Source: Campylobacterota bacterium (GTDB lineage: Bacteria; Campylobacterota; Campylobacteria; Campylobacterales; Sulfurimonadaceae). Taken from it: a stretch of 24,258 bases of DNA. Position numbers and translations under genes: made by a program. The stretch spans positions 1 through 24,258 of the forward strand of contig JAYEKO010000013.1 in NCBI GenBank assembly GCA_034661055.1, written 5' to 3'. Positions within the stretch are counted from its first letter, which is position 1; each line of letters opens with the position of its first letter. The notes below the pieces were generated by a model that saw only the letters and a program-made list of their open reading frames with translations, searched no databases and was not told the DNA's origin. Shown piece after piece: positions 17,577 to 24,258 of the stretch.

Positions 17577-18440
17577 TCATAAATTTAAGTTTTGTTTTAT
17601 AAACTCAGCTATTTTGTTACTATTCTCCCCTACCTCTTGATATACATCAATACGTGCCTTAGTAATGGCTTGGGCAATTTTTTTAGCACTTAGCTCATCA
17701 ACCATAGGGACATTAAGTGTTTTAAAAAGTTCTTGAAATTCATAGGAGTGGTCATCACGCTGAATAAACACAGGACGACCACCTGATGCTAATGAATCTA
17801 AAACAGCTTGATGTGAAGAGGTCACTAAAATATTGCTATGCTTAATAACATCTTCGTACTCCTCATTTTCGTGTATCTTTTTAAAGGAATCGCCCACCTC
17901 ATCATCGTAAAAGACAAAATAGTAAAAGCCTAAAAGTAACTCCATATTAAGAGCCTTAAGTTCATCTTTTTTAGAGATTACATCTTTATTGTAGTCATCA
18001 TCGCCATAAAACAGCGTCACATCAATAGTTTTATTAAAGTCGCCGAAAAATTTCTTATCTATAGCTACGGCATTACAGATATTATCGCCTTTTAAATATG
18101 GAGAGACTAAAAATTCTTTTTTATGTCTTACTTCATCACTATGATCACTAAAACGTACCACTTTGGAGAAGAAGTGCATCATGTCATCTAGTGTCTGCTC
18201 ACTATGTTCATCGGCATCATAAATAAGTTGATCACCGCGAACTGCAATATGTGCAATGTTCTGCACCACGTCAACACCAAGTCCACGTTTAAAACCATAA
18301 TTTTTAGCTTCTGATGCTATTCTATAGTCTGAAGTCAGTAGTGTAATGTCAGCGTCTTGAAGTTCTGAAATCACAGCCGATGCACGACGAAAGCGATCTA
18401 GCCCTATACGGTGTCCTGTATGTATGTAATAATAAGTCAT
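17577..18440 (-). CDS. PseG-like GT-B-fold protein, function unknown
   Basis: Segments [19 protein letters not shown] and [28 protein letters not shown] parallel the PseG/SpsG motifs; ATGA overlap with mnmG. Confidence 0.65.
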   Translation of the reverse strand: MTYYYIHTGHRIGLDRFRRASAVISELQDADITLLTSDYRIASEAKNYGFKRGLGVDVVQNIAHIAVRGDQLIYDADEHSEQTLDDMMHFFSKVVRFSDHSDEVRHKKEFLVSPYLKGDNICNAVAIDKKFFGDFNKTIDVTLFYGDDDYNKDVISKKDELKALNMELLLGFYYFVFYDDEVGDSFKKIHENEEYEDVIKHSNILVTSSHQAVLDSLASGGRPVFIQRDDHSYEFQELFKTLNVPMVDELSAKKIAQAITKARIDVYQEVGENSNKIAEFIKQNLNL

Positions 18441-20311
18441 GAAACCCCTTTTCCCATTTTGATATAAATTTGTAAAATCTCAACTGCAGCAGGAGTCACC
18501 CCGCTAATTTGTGATGCCGCTTGAAGTGTTGGTGGATTAAATGTCTCAAACTTCTCTACCATCTCATTAGATAGCCCTTTAACGACTCTAAAGTCAAAAC
18601 CTTCTGGAATTTTTACATGTAAATATTTCTGTAATCTCTCAAGGTCATCTTGTTGCTTCTCAACATAGCGCGCATATTTTGCCTCAACCAAGATCTCATT
18701 TAAAATATAGTCACTATATATAGCAAGTTTAGGCGCTAGCTTTGTCAACTTATCTAATGTAAAACTTTTTCGTGCAATTATCTGAGGTGCGGTAATCTTA
18801 TCGGTAATCTTCTCTTCATCTATGGTTGCTAAAAACGCTATAAACTCCTTGTTCGGAGTAAAATGCATGGCATTTAGAAGCTCCATAGCATATTTAATCT
18901 GCTCTTTTTTCTCTTGAGAAGCCTCATACGCCTCTTGGCTTAACAGCCCTAACTCGTATCCATAATGGCTTAAGCGAGTGTCGGCACTCTCTTCACGAAG
19001 GAGCAGACGGTACTCTGCGCGTGAGGTGAACATTCTATACGGCTCCTTAGTCCCTTTAGTCACCAAGTCATCAATCATCACACCAATGTAAGCTTCATCA
19101 CGACGTAAAATAAAAGGTTCTCTACCTGCAAGTGAAAGAGAAGCATTAATTCCAGCCATTAAACCTTGAGCCGCTGCCTCTTCATAACCTGTTGTTCCAT
19201 TAATTTGACCTGCAAGGTAGAGGTGTTTTACTTTTTTTGTCTCTAAAGAGTGCGTTAACTCAGTGGGATTGACATAATCATACTCAATAGCATACCCGTA
19301 GCGTACAATTTTTGCATTTTGCATCCCCTCAACAGAGTGAATCATCTGACGTTGAACATCGGGAGGTAGTGAGGTACTCATACCATTAATGTAACACTCT
19401 GTATTGTCAATAGTTTGCGGTTCAATAAAGAGGTGGTGACGCTCTTTCTCACGAAAACGGTTGATTTTGTCTTCAATACTTGGACAGTAACGCGGACCTA
19501 CTCCCTCAATTTGACCAGTAAAGAGTGGAGCACGATGAAAGTTTCCCTCAATGATAGAGTGAGTCTCTTCATTGGTGTAGGCAATAAAACATGATAACTG
19601 CTGTTTATCTTTTGCAAACTTATCTCTATTTGTCCTAAAACTAAATGGTGTCGGCACCTCATCACCACCTTGCTCCTCCATAACAGAAAAGTCAATAGTA
19701 GAGCTGTCAATACGCGCACAAGTACCTGTTTTAAGTCGTCCTACATCTAAGCCTTTTTCTAAAAGAGAGGCGGTAAGGTTTTCTGCTGAGAACTCTCCAA
19801 AACGACCTGAGGGCTTTGTCGCCTCACCAATATGAACTACTCCCTTTAAAAACGTTCCTGTTGTTAAAATAACACGAGAAGCTCCATAGGTGTTAAAAAG
19901 GTCCGTCTCCACGCCAACAACGGTATTGTCCTCAAATATTAGTGACTCAACTGTCTCTTGTATTAACTCCAAATTTGGAGTATTTAGAACGATATTACGG
20001 GCAATGACCTTGTATCGGTCCATATCTATCTGAGCTCGTGTACCACGCACAGCAGGCCCTTTGGTCGCATTTAAAATACGAAATTGAATCCCTGCGTCAT
20101 CGGTTATAAGACCCATTTCACCACCAAGAGCATCAAGCTCACATACCAGATGTCCTTTTGCCAAACCACCTACAGCAGGGTTACAACTTGTAGCACCTAC
20201 GTTCTCTGCCAACATTGAAACCAACAAGGTCTTATTTCCCATACGCGCGGAAGCTAGGGATGCTTCAACACCGGCATGACCACCACCTACTACAATTACA
20301 TCATATTGCAT
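18437..20311 (-). CDS. mnmG: tRNA uridine-5-carboxymethylaminomethyl(34) synthesis enzyme MnmG (GidA)
   Basis: [54 protein letters not shown] and [14 protein letters not shown] motifs. Confidence 0.99.
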   Translation of the reverse strand: MQYDVIVVGGGHAGVEASLASARMGNKTLLVSMLAENVGATSCNPAVGGLAKGHLVCELDALGGEMGLITDDAGIQFRILNATKGPAVRGTRAQIDMDRYKVIARNIVLNTPNLELIQETVESLIFEDNTVVGVETDLFNTYGASRVILTTGTFLKGVVHIGEATKPSGRFGEFSAENLTASLLEKGLDVGRLKTGTCARIDSSTIDFSVMEEQGGDEVPTPFSFRTNRDKFAKDKQQLSCFIAYTNEETHSIIEGNFHRAPLFTGQIEGVGPRYCPSIEDKINRFREKERHHLFIEPQTIDNTECYINGMSTSLPPDVQRQMIHSVEGMQNAKIVRYGYAIEYDYVNPTELTHSLETKKVKHLYLAGQINGTTGYEEAAAQGLMAGINASLSLAGREPFILRRDEAYIGVMIDDLVTKGTKEPYRMFTSRAEYRLLLREESADTRLSHYGYELGLLSQEAYEASQEKKEQIKYAMELLNAMHFTPNKEFIAFLATIDEEKITDKITAPQIIARKSFTLDKLTKLAPKLAIYSDYILNEILVEAKYARYVEKQQDDLERLQKYLHVKIPEGFDFRVVKGLSNEMVEKFETFNPPTLQAASQISGVTPAAVEILQIYIKMGKGVS

Positions 20312-20342
20312 TACGTCTCTTTTACATGTAAAATATTGTGAA

Positions 20343-20348
20343 ATTATA
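20343..20348 (-). promoter_or_regulatory. Putative -10 box (TATAAT) of mnmG
   Basis: TATAAT 31 nt upstream of the ATG in a divergent intergenic region. Confidence 0.5.
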
Positions 20349-20413
20349 CCTACTACTTTAACTTTTAAGCTAAGGAATTCTAAAATACGAAAAATACTAT
20401 TGAAAAGTTAAAC

Positions 20414-20611
20414 ATGAGTAATACAAAAAAAGATGATCCCTTTAAAGATTATGTACCAGAAGTAGTTGAGTATGATCCAGAAGTTGATGGTAGTGATGAG
20501 CATAAAATTCGAGATGAACATCTCGATGATAAAGCGAAACTACTAGAAAAATTTAATAATTTAAAACCTGATGTTAAAAATCAGAAGACTCAGAGAAAGA
20601 GAAAGTTTTAA
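20414..20611 (+). CDS. Small hypothetical protein (acidic N-terminus, basic C-terminus)
   Basis: 65 aa ORF filling the gap with no competing gene; stop abuts the next ATG (TAAATG); no clear SD. Confidence 0.65.
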   Translation: MSNTKKDDPFKDYVPEVVEYDPEVDGSDEHKIRDEHLDDKAKLLEKFNNLKPDVKNQKTQRKRKF

Positions 20612-21280
20612 ATGATTGAAGAAGCACACAAAGCTTACAATGACAGTAATTTTGAGCTGGCATTTCAACTCTACACAGATTTAGCCCAAAAAGGTAATAC
20701 CGATGCGCAGACCTCTTTGGGGTTTATGTATCAAAATGCGCAGGGTACTGACAAAAATGTAGAACTTGCCAGATCATGGTATGAAAAAGCTGCCGCACAG
20801 AAACAGCCATTTGCTCTGTTTAATTTAGCACTTCATCATATTGATGGGGATCAATTCAAAGCCCACGACCTCTTTTTAGAAGCAGCCGTTCTTGAAGTAC
20901 CGCCAGCACAGTATGAGGTGGCACTTATGCTTGAACGTGGTTTAGGATGTGTTCAGAACTACTCTGAAGCGGCATTTTGGTATGAAGAAGCTGCCAAGCG
21001 TGGTCATGGTGAAGCCTTTAATAACTTAGGCGTACTCTACAAAGAGGGTCATGGTGTTGTACAAGATTATACTAGAGCTCGTATCTGTTTCGAGCGGGCT
21101 TCCGAGAAAGATCTACCTACTGGTCACTACAATCTAGGGCTTATGTACGACCAAGGACTTGGCGTGGAACAAGATAACAACAAGGCATTAGAACTTTGCC
21201 GAAAAGCTGCCTATGGTGGCCATGAAAAGGCTAAAAGTATTATTGCCTCACTTCAAAATGATGGGAAGATTGTTTTTTAA
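20612..21280 (+). CDS. Sel1-like repeat protein
   Basis: Repeated units AQTSLGFMYQNAQG, AQYEVALMLERGLG, AFNNLGVLYKEGHG and GHYNLGLMYDQGLG with WYEKAA-type helices; no signal peptide. Confidence 0.92.
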   Translation: MIEEAHKAYNDSNFELAFQLYTDLAQKGNTDAQTSLGFMYQNAQGTDKNVELARSWYEKAAAQKQPFALFNLALHHIDGDQFKAHDLFLEAAVLEVPPAQYEVALMLERGLGCVQNYSEAAFWYEEAAKRGHGEAFNNLGVLYKEGHGVVQDYTRARICFERASEKDLPTGHYNLGLMYDQGLGVEQDNNKALELCRKAAYGGHEKAKSIIASLQNDGKIVF

Positions 21281-22467
21281 TCTCCCACTATTTTATCTCC
21301 TCCACTACTTTTAGCACTATAAAGCATCATATCTGCCTGATTAAGAACTTCCTCAAAGGCTTCATCGTTATTACATGTAAATCCAATAGATAATGTCAGA
21401 GAAAGCGTCTCAATGTGTGAACTAATATTTTCCAGCACTACTTTAGTCTGCTGTGAACTAATATTTTTAAGAAGCATGCCAAAATCTTCTGAACCAAAAC
21501 GTGCCACTACATCATTAGGCTGAACAGCCGAGCGTAAGGTTTCTGCTACACTTATAATTTGATTATCATTGACGCCATTAATATCATCAATTTCTACCAT
21601 GGCCACCGCAAACTTTTCTCCACTTTGACTTGCATCTTCAACATATGCCTCCAAGCTTTTAAGAAAATAGCGACGATTATACAGGCCCGTCATAAAATCT
21701 CGGTTTGCACTATTGGTGATGAGAGCTATGTTTTCTAAAGCCTCAATAGTATTATTAATACGGCACGAGAACTCCTCTTTTGAAAAAGGTTTTTTAATAA
21801 AGTCTGTTGCCCCTTTTTTAAGAAACATAGCTGAGATATCTTCATCATTATTACTTGAAATTGCTAAAATGCTAAGAAGATCTTTTTTATAGATTTTTCG
21901 AATCTCTTTGGTTAGGTCAAGCCCATTCATTACCGGCATATTATAATCAGTAATGACAATCTTAATATCATCTCGCTCTTGTAAAAGGTTAAGTGCCTCT
22001 TCTCCATGAGCACAGGCAATAACATTGAAAAAGAGATGTTCTAGCATCCGTTTCATCTGATTTCTAAAAACCCTAGAGTCATCAACTAACATCACTGTAT
22101 GGTTTTGATTTTTATGCAGTCGTCTAATCATACTAATAACATATTCAATATCTTCTATGCCGCCCTTGCCTACATAATCGATAATATCTTTTTCAAGCAT
22201 CTTGTGACGAAATTCTCGATCCATGTTAGCACTTACGACAATGGAGTTAATATTTTTAGAGAGCATTACATCGACAATTTCACCATTATGTGCATCTGGA
22301 AGATTAGTATCTAACAGTGCCATAAAGTAGTCATATTTACGCACAAACAGCTGTGCCTCTTTTAAAGAATATGCGTTATGAACTTCAAAAGGCAGAGTAG
22401 ACTCAATTTTTAGAGCGAGCATTTTAGCCAACGCTTTATTATCTTCTACAATTAATATCTTTTCCAT
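21277..22467 (-). CDS. Dual-receiver response regulator with degenerate GGDEF domain (CbrR-like)
   Basis: REC1 (VEDN, LLDTNLPD), REC2 (VDDS, ITDYNMPVMNG, FIKKP), DFMTGLYNRRYF, and an active-site motif reading GSEDF. Confidence 0.88.
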   Translation of the reverse strand: MEKILIVEDNKALAKMLALKIESTLPFEVHNAYSLKEAQLFVRKYDYFMALLDTNLPDAHNGEIVDVMLSKNINSIVVSANMDREFRHKMLEKDIIDYVGKGGIEDIEYVISMIRRLHKNQNHTVMLVDDSRVFRNQMKRMLEHLFFNVIACAHGEEALNLLQERDDIKIVITDYNMPVMNGLDLTKEIRKIYKKDLLSILAISSNNDEDISAMFLKKGATDFIKKPFSKEEFSCRINNTIEALENIALITNSANRDFMTGLYNRRYFLKSLEAYVEDASQSGEKFAVAMVEIDDINGVNDNQIISVAETLRSAVQPNDVVARFGSEDFGMLLKNISSQQTKVVLENISSHIETLSLTLSIGFTCNNDEAFEEVLNQADMMLYSAKSSGGDKIVGD

Positions 22468-22526
22468 TAACCAACCTCAAGTAAAGTATGTAATAATAAC
22501 ATTAATATTTTAAAAGAAGGTCGTAT

Positions 22527-23138
22527 GTGTTTACAGGACTAATTCGTGAAATGGGAAGCGTCAAGGCACTTCAAAACAATAGACTCTCCATTAAAAGTCA
22601 TCATAAAGCAAAACTTGGTGACTCTATTGCCATCAATGGCACCTGTTTAAGTGTAGTAAGTTTAGAGAGTGACGGCTACAGTGTAGAGCTATCTCCTGAG
22701 ACACAAGGACATATCGCTTTAGAGAGACTTAGTGGAGAAATACATGTAGAACCTGCCATGATGATGGGTGATCGATTTGAGGGGCATATTGTTCAAGGTC
22801 ATATCGATACGATTGGAGTCGTGAATGAGATTAAGAATAACGGCAATAGTTATGATGTTTTTATTGAGGTAGAAGCAAAGTTTATTTCACTTATTGTTCC
22901 CAAAGGCTCTATAACTATTGATGGAGTAAGTCTTACTGTTAATGATGTCTCAACAGATGGCTTTCGACTTACCATTATTCCAATAACAATGAAAGAGACT
23001 CTTTTTAAAACGTACAAAAAAGGGACCCGCGTAAATATTGAAACCGATATGTTTGCACGCTATGTACAACATTTTTTACAAAACCGACAAGCATCTATGA
23101 GCTGGGATGATGTTGATAGAATTAATTCTCTCTACTAA
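22527..23138 (+). CDS. ribE: Riboflavin synthase (alpha type)
   Basis: N-terminal MFTG, GDSIAINGTCLSV, GHIVQGHID, KGSITIDGVSLTV and VNIETD motifs; GTG start with SD AAGG. Confidence 0.96.
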   Translation: MFTGLIREMGSVKALQNNRLSIKSHHKAKLGDSIAINGTCLSVVSLESDGYSVELSPETQGHIALERLSGEIHVEPAMMMGDRFEGHIVQGHIDTIGVVNEIKNNGNSYDVFIEVEAKFISLIVPKGSITIDGVSLTVNDVSTDGFRLTIIPITMKETLFKTYKKGTRVNIETDMFARYVQHFLQNRQASMSWDDVDRINSLY

Positions 23139-23149
23139 AACCGAGAATA

Positions 23150-23485
23150 TTATTGAAACCTCTTACAGAGCGTTTTAATAACTTGATTTTTAATCTTCTT
23201 ATCTAAGGATAATAACTTTTTATCCAAGCGTTTTTTTGAGACAGTTCTTACTTGATGACATAGAAGGATTGCCTCGCTACTATTGAGATATAACAATACC
23301 TCATTAGGATATATTTTTCGCCCCTCTTTTCTTGAAGTAATAGGAATTACCGTAACAATATCCATCTGATTTTCAATATCATTGGAAATGACCAATACGG
23401 GTCTATGTCCAGCTTGCTCTCTTCCAATTGTAGGATTTAAATCTGCCCAGTATATATCAAAATGCATTGAATTCACCATCAGCAT
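23150..23485 (-). CDS. Type II toxin, PemK/MazF family endoribonuclease
   Basis: DIYWADLNPTIGREQAGHRPVLVISND, VIPITS and QVRTVSKKRL motifs; overlaps the antitoxin. True start may be 23479 or 23467. Confidence 0.93.
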   Translation of the reverse strand: MLMVNSMHFDIYWADLNPTIGREQAGHRPVLVISNDIENQMDIVTVIPITSRKEGRKIYPNEVLLYLNSSEAILLCHQVRTVSKKRLDKKLLSLDKKIKNQVIKTLCKRFQ

Positions 23486-23705
23486 ATCTAAATGCTTGCT
23501 CTATCTCATCTATGTCATTTTTAACAAGCGGGTCATTTGCCATCTCTTGAATCTGTTTTCGGTATTTTTCTTCTTTAACTGACTCAATACTCTTTCTTAA
23601 GGCATTTGAAACAAGATCTGAAAAGTTTTTAAAATGTTCGAGAACACCTTCATTTTGAAGCTCTGCAAAGAGCTGTTCATCAATAGAGATAGTTTTTCTT
23701 ACCAT
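23457..23705 (-). CDS. Cognate antitoxin, ribbon-helix-helix type
   Basis: 82 aa directly upstream of and overlapping the toxin; N-terminal beta-ribbon RKTISIDEQL, helix NFSDLVSNALR, acidic C-terminus. Confidence 0.8.
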   Translation of the reverse strand: MVRKTISIDEQLFAELQNEGVLEHFKNFSDLVSNALRKSIESVKEEKYRKQIQEMANDPLVKNDIDEIEQAFRYADGEFNAF

Positions 23706-23717
23706 TTTACACCCCTT

Positions 23718-23745
23718 TATATGATTTTTATCATATATTATATCA
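23718..23745 (-). promoter_or_regulatory. TA promoter (TGATATAAT, 23737-23745) with operator palindrome
   Basis: 8-bp inverted repeat TATATGAT-tttt-ATCATATA (23718-23737) spans the predicted start site, as expected for TA autorepression. Confidence 0.65.
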
Positions 23746-23777
23746 TACTAATGGTAAGTAAATTTTATCCCCCCCCA

Positions 23778-23807
23778 ACTTAAGGGCACCTCTAAAAACC
23801 CTAAATA
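23778..23807 (+). repeat. Second copy of the MITE-like terminal sequence
   Basis: ACTTAAGGGCACCTCTAAAAACCCTAAATA matches 9069-9098 at 29/30 positions (24-bp exact core), same orientation. Confidence 0.9.
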
Positions 23808-23829
23808 TGTGTTTAACTAAAGTACCTAC

Positions 23830-24258
23830 TCACAACAAATATCTCAAATCTAAAAGAGGTTGGACATTGGGATTACAGCTGATTTTGTGCGCCATATCTA
23901 CCTTCTCATATTCAACCAACTCTTGCTTAGATGCCAATGTGGCATTTCGATACCCCTCACCTATGTTTAAATATACATGTAAATTTTGTTCATGTAACGC
24001 AAGGCGTGTCTTCAATGCGGTAGAGTAGGTTGTTAAGATGGCATCTTCTTTCATTACTCTGACAATGTCTGCAAAATACTCTCGTGTCCACAACATCGGG
24101 TTCACTGAAGGGCTAAAAGCGTCTTGATAGACAATATCAAACTGTTCATTTGTGCTTTGCAAATAGGCTCTTGCATCACCTACAATGACATTTACATGTA
24201 AATTGTCATCTTGGTACTCATGACGATTACTAATCGCTTCTATTACATGCAAATAGGG
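23830..24258 (-). CDS. mnmD: tRNA mnm5s2U34 methyltransferase (MnmD / MnmC methyltransferase domain), 5' end outside the window
   Basis: VGDAR, DIVYQDAFSPSVNPMLWT and LTTYS motifs; frame remains open beyond the track's TTG to the window edge. Confidence 0.8.
   Translation of the reverse strand, partial: PYLHVIEAISNRHEYQDDNLHVNVIVGDARAYLQSTNEQFDIVYQDAFSPSVNPMLWTREYFADIVRVMKEDAILTTYSTALKTRLALHEQNLHVYLNIGEGYRNATLASKQELVEYEKVDMAHKISCNPNVQPLLDLRYLL

Noticed and set aside
22525..22529. Out-of-frame ATG overlapping the ribE GTG start (possible frameshift)
   Set aside because: GTG-TTT-ACA-GGA gives the invariant MFTG N-terminus with a well-spaced SD; the gene is intact.
23769..23776. C8/G8 homopolymer upstream of the TA promoter as a phase-variation switch
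   Set aside because: It lies more than 25 nt upstream of an extended -10 box and outside coding sequence, so a length change has no evident effect; read-level length variation would be needed to revive the idea.
15217..24028. Short ORFs 15217-15402, 17291-17536, 19498-19719, 22099-22314, 23382-23582 and 23807-24028
   Set aside because: Antisense or out-of-frame overlaps within petC, petA, mnmG, the regulator, the TA pair and mnmD.

Overview
AT-rich chromosomal segment from a Campylobacterota (epsilonproteobacterial) genome, probably a Sulfurimonas-like lineage; the taxonomy is inferred from protein families and gene order. Most of it is conserved housekeeping DNA. From left to right: a class I PLP aminotransferase (partial), an exported hypothetical protein, a RodZ-like membrane protein, rlmB, rsmI, rpmE, rsmE, a membrane protein, moeA, the moaA-queE-queD operon, a major porin, petABC followed by a class II cytochrome c, a PseG-like gene coupled to mnmG, a Sel1-repeat protein, a REC-REC-degenerate GGDEF regulator, riboflavin synthase and a partial MnmD-type methyltransferase. 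Likely accessory additions are a chemoreceptor with a heme c sensor and a C-terminal PilZ domain, a solitary AAA_14/DUF4143-type ATPase, a PemK/MazF toxin-antitoxin pair and a MITE-like palindromic element. The most unusual signals are (i) this element split into two exactly complementary pieces 14.6 kb apart, one of which supplies the moeA stop codon; (ii) the heme c-MCP-PilZ receptor; (iii) four bacterial N-glycosylation sequons in the RodZ-like protein; (iv) a PseG-like protein lacking the catalytic His; (v) a structured rpmE leader, a hairpin overlapping the petC stop, and two leaderless-mRNA candidates. No CRISPR array, rRNA, tRNA or transposase was seen.
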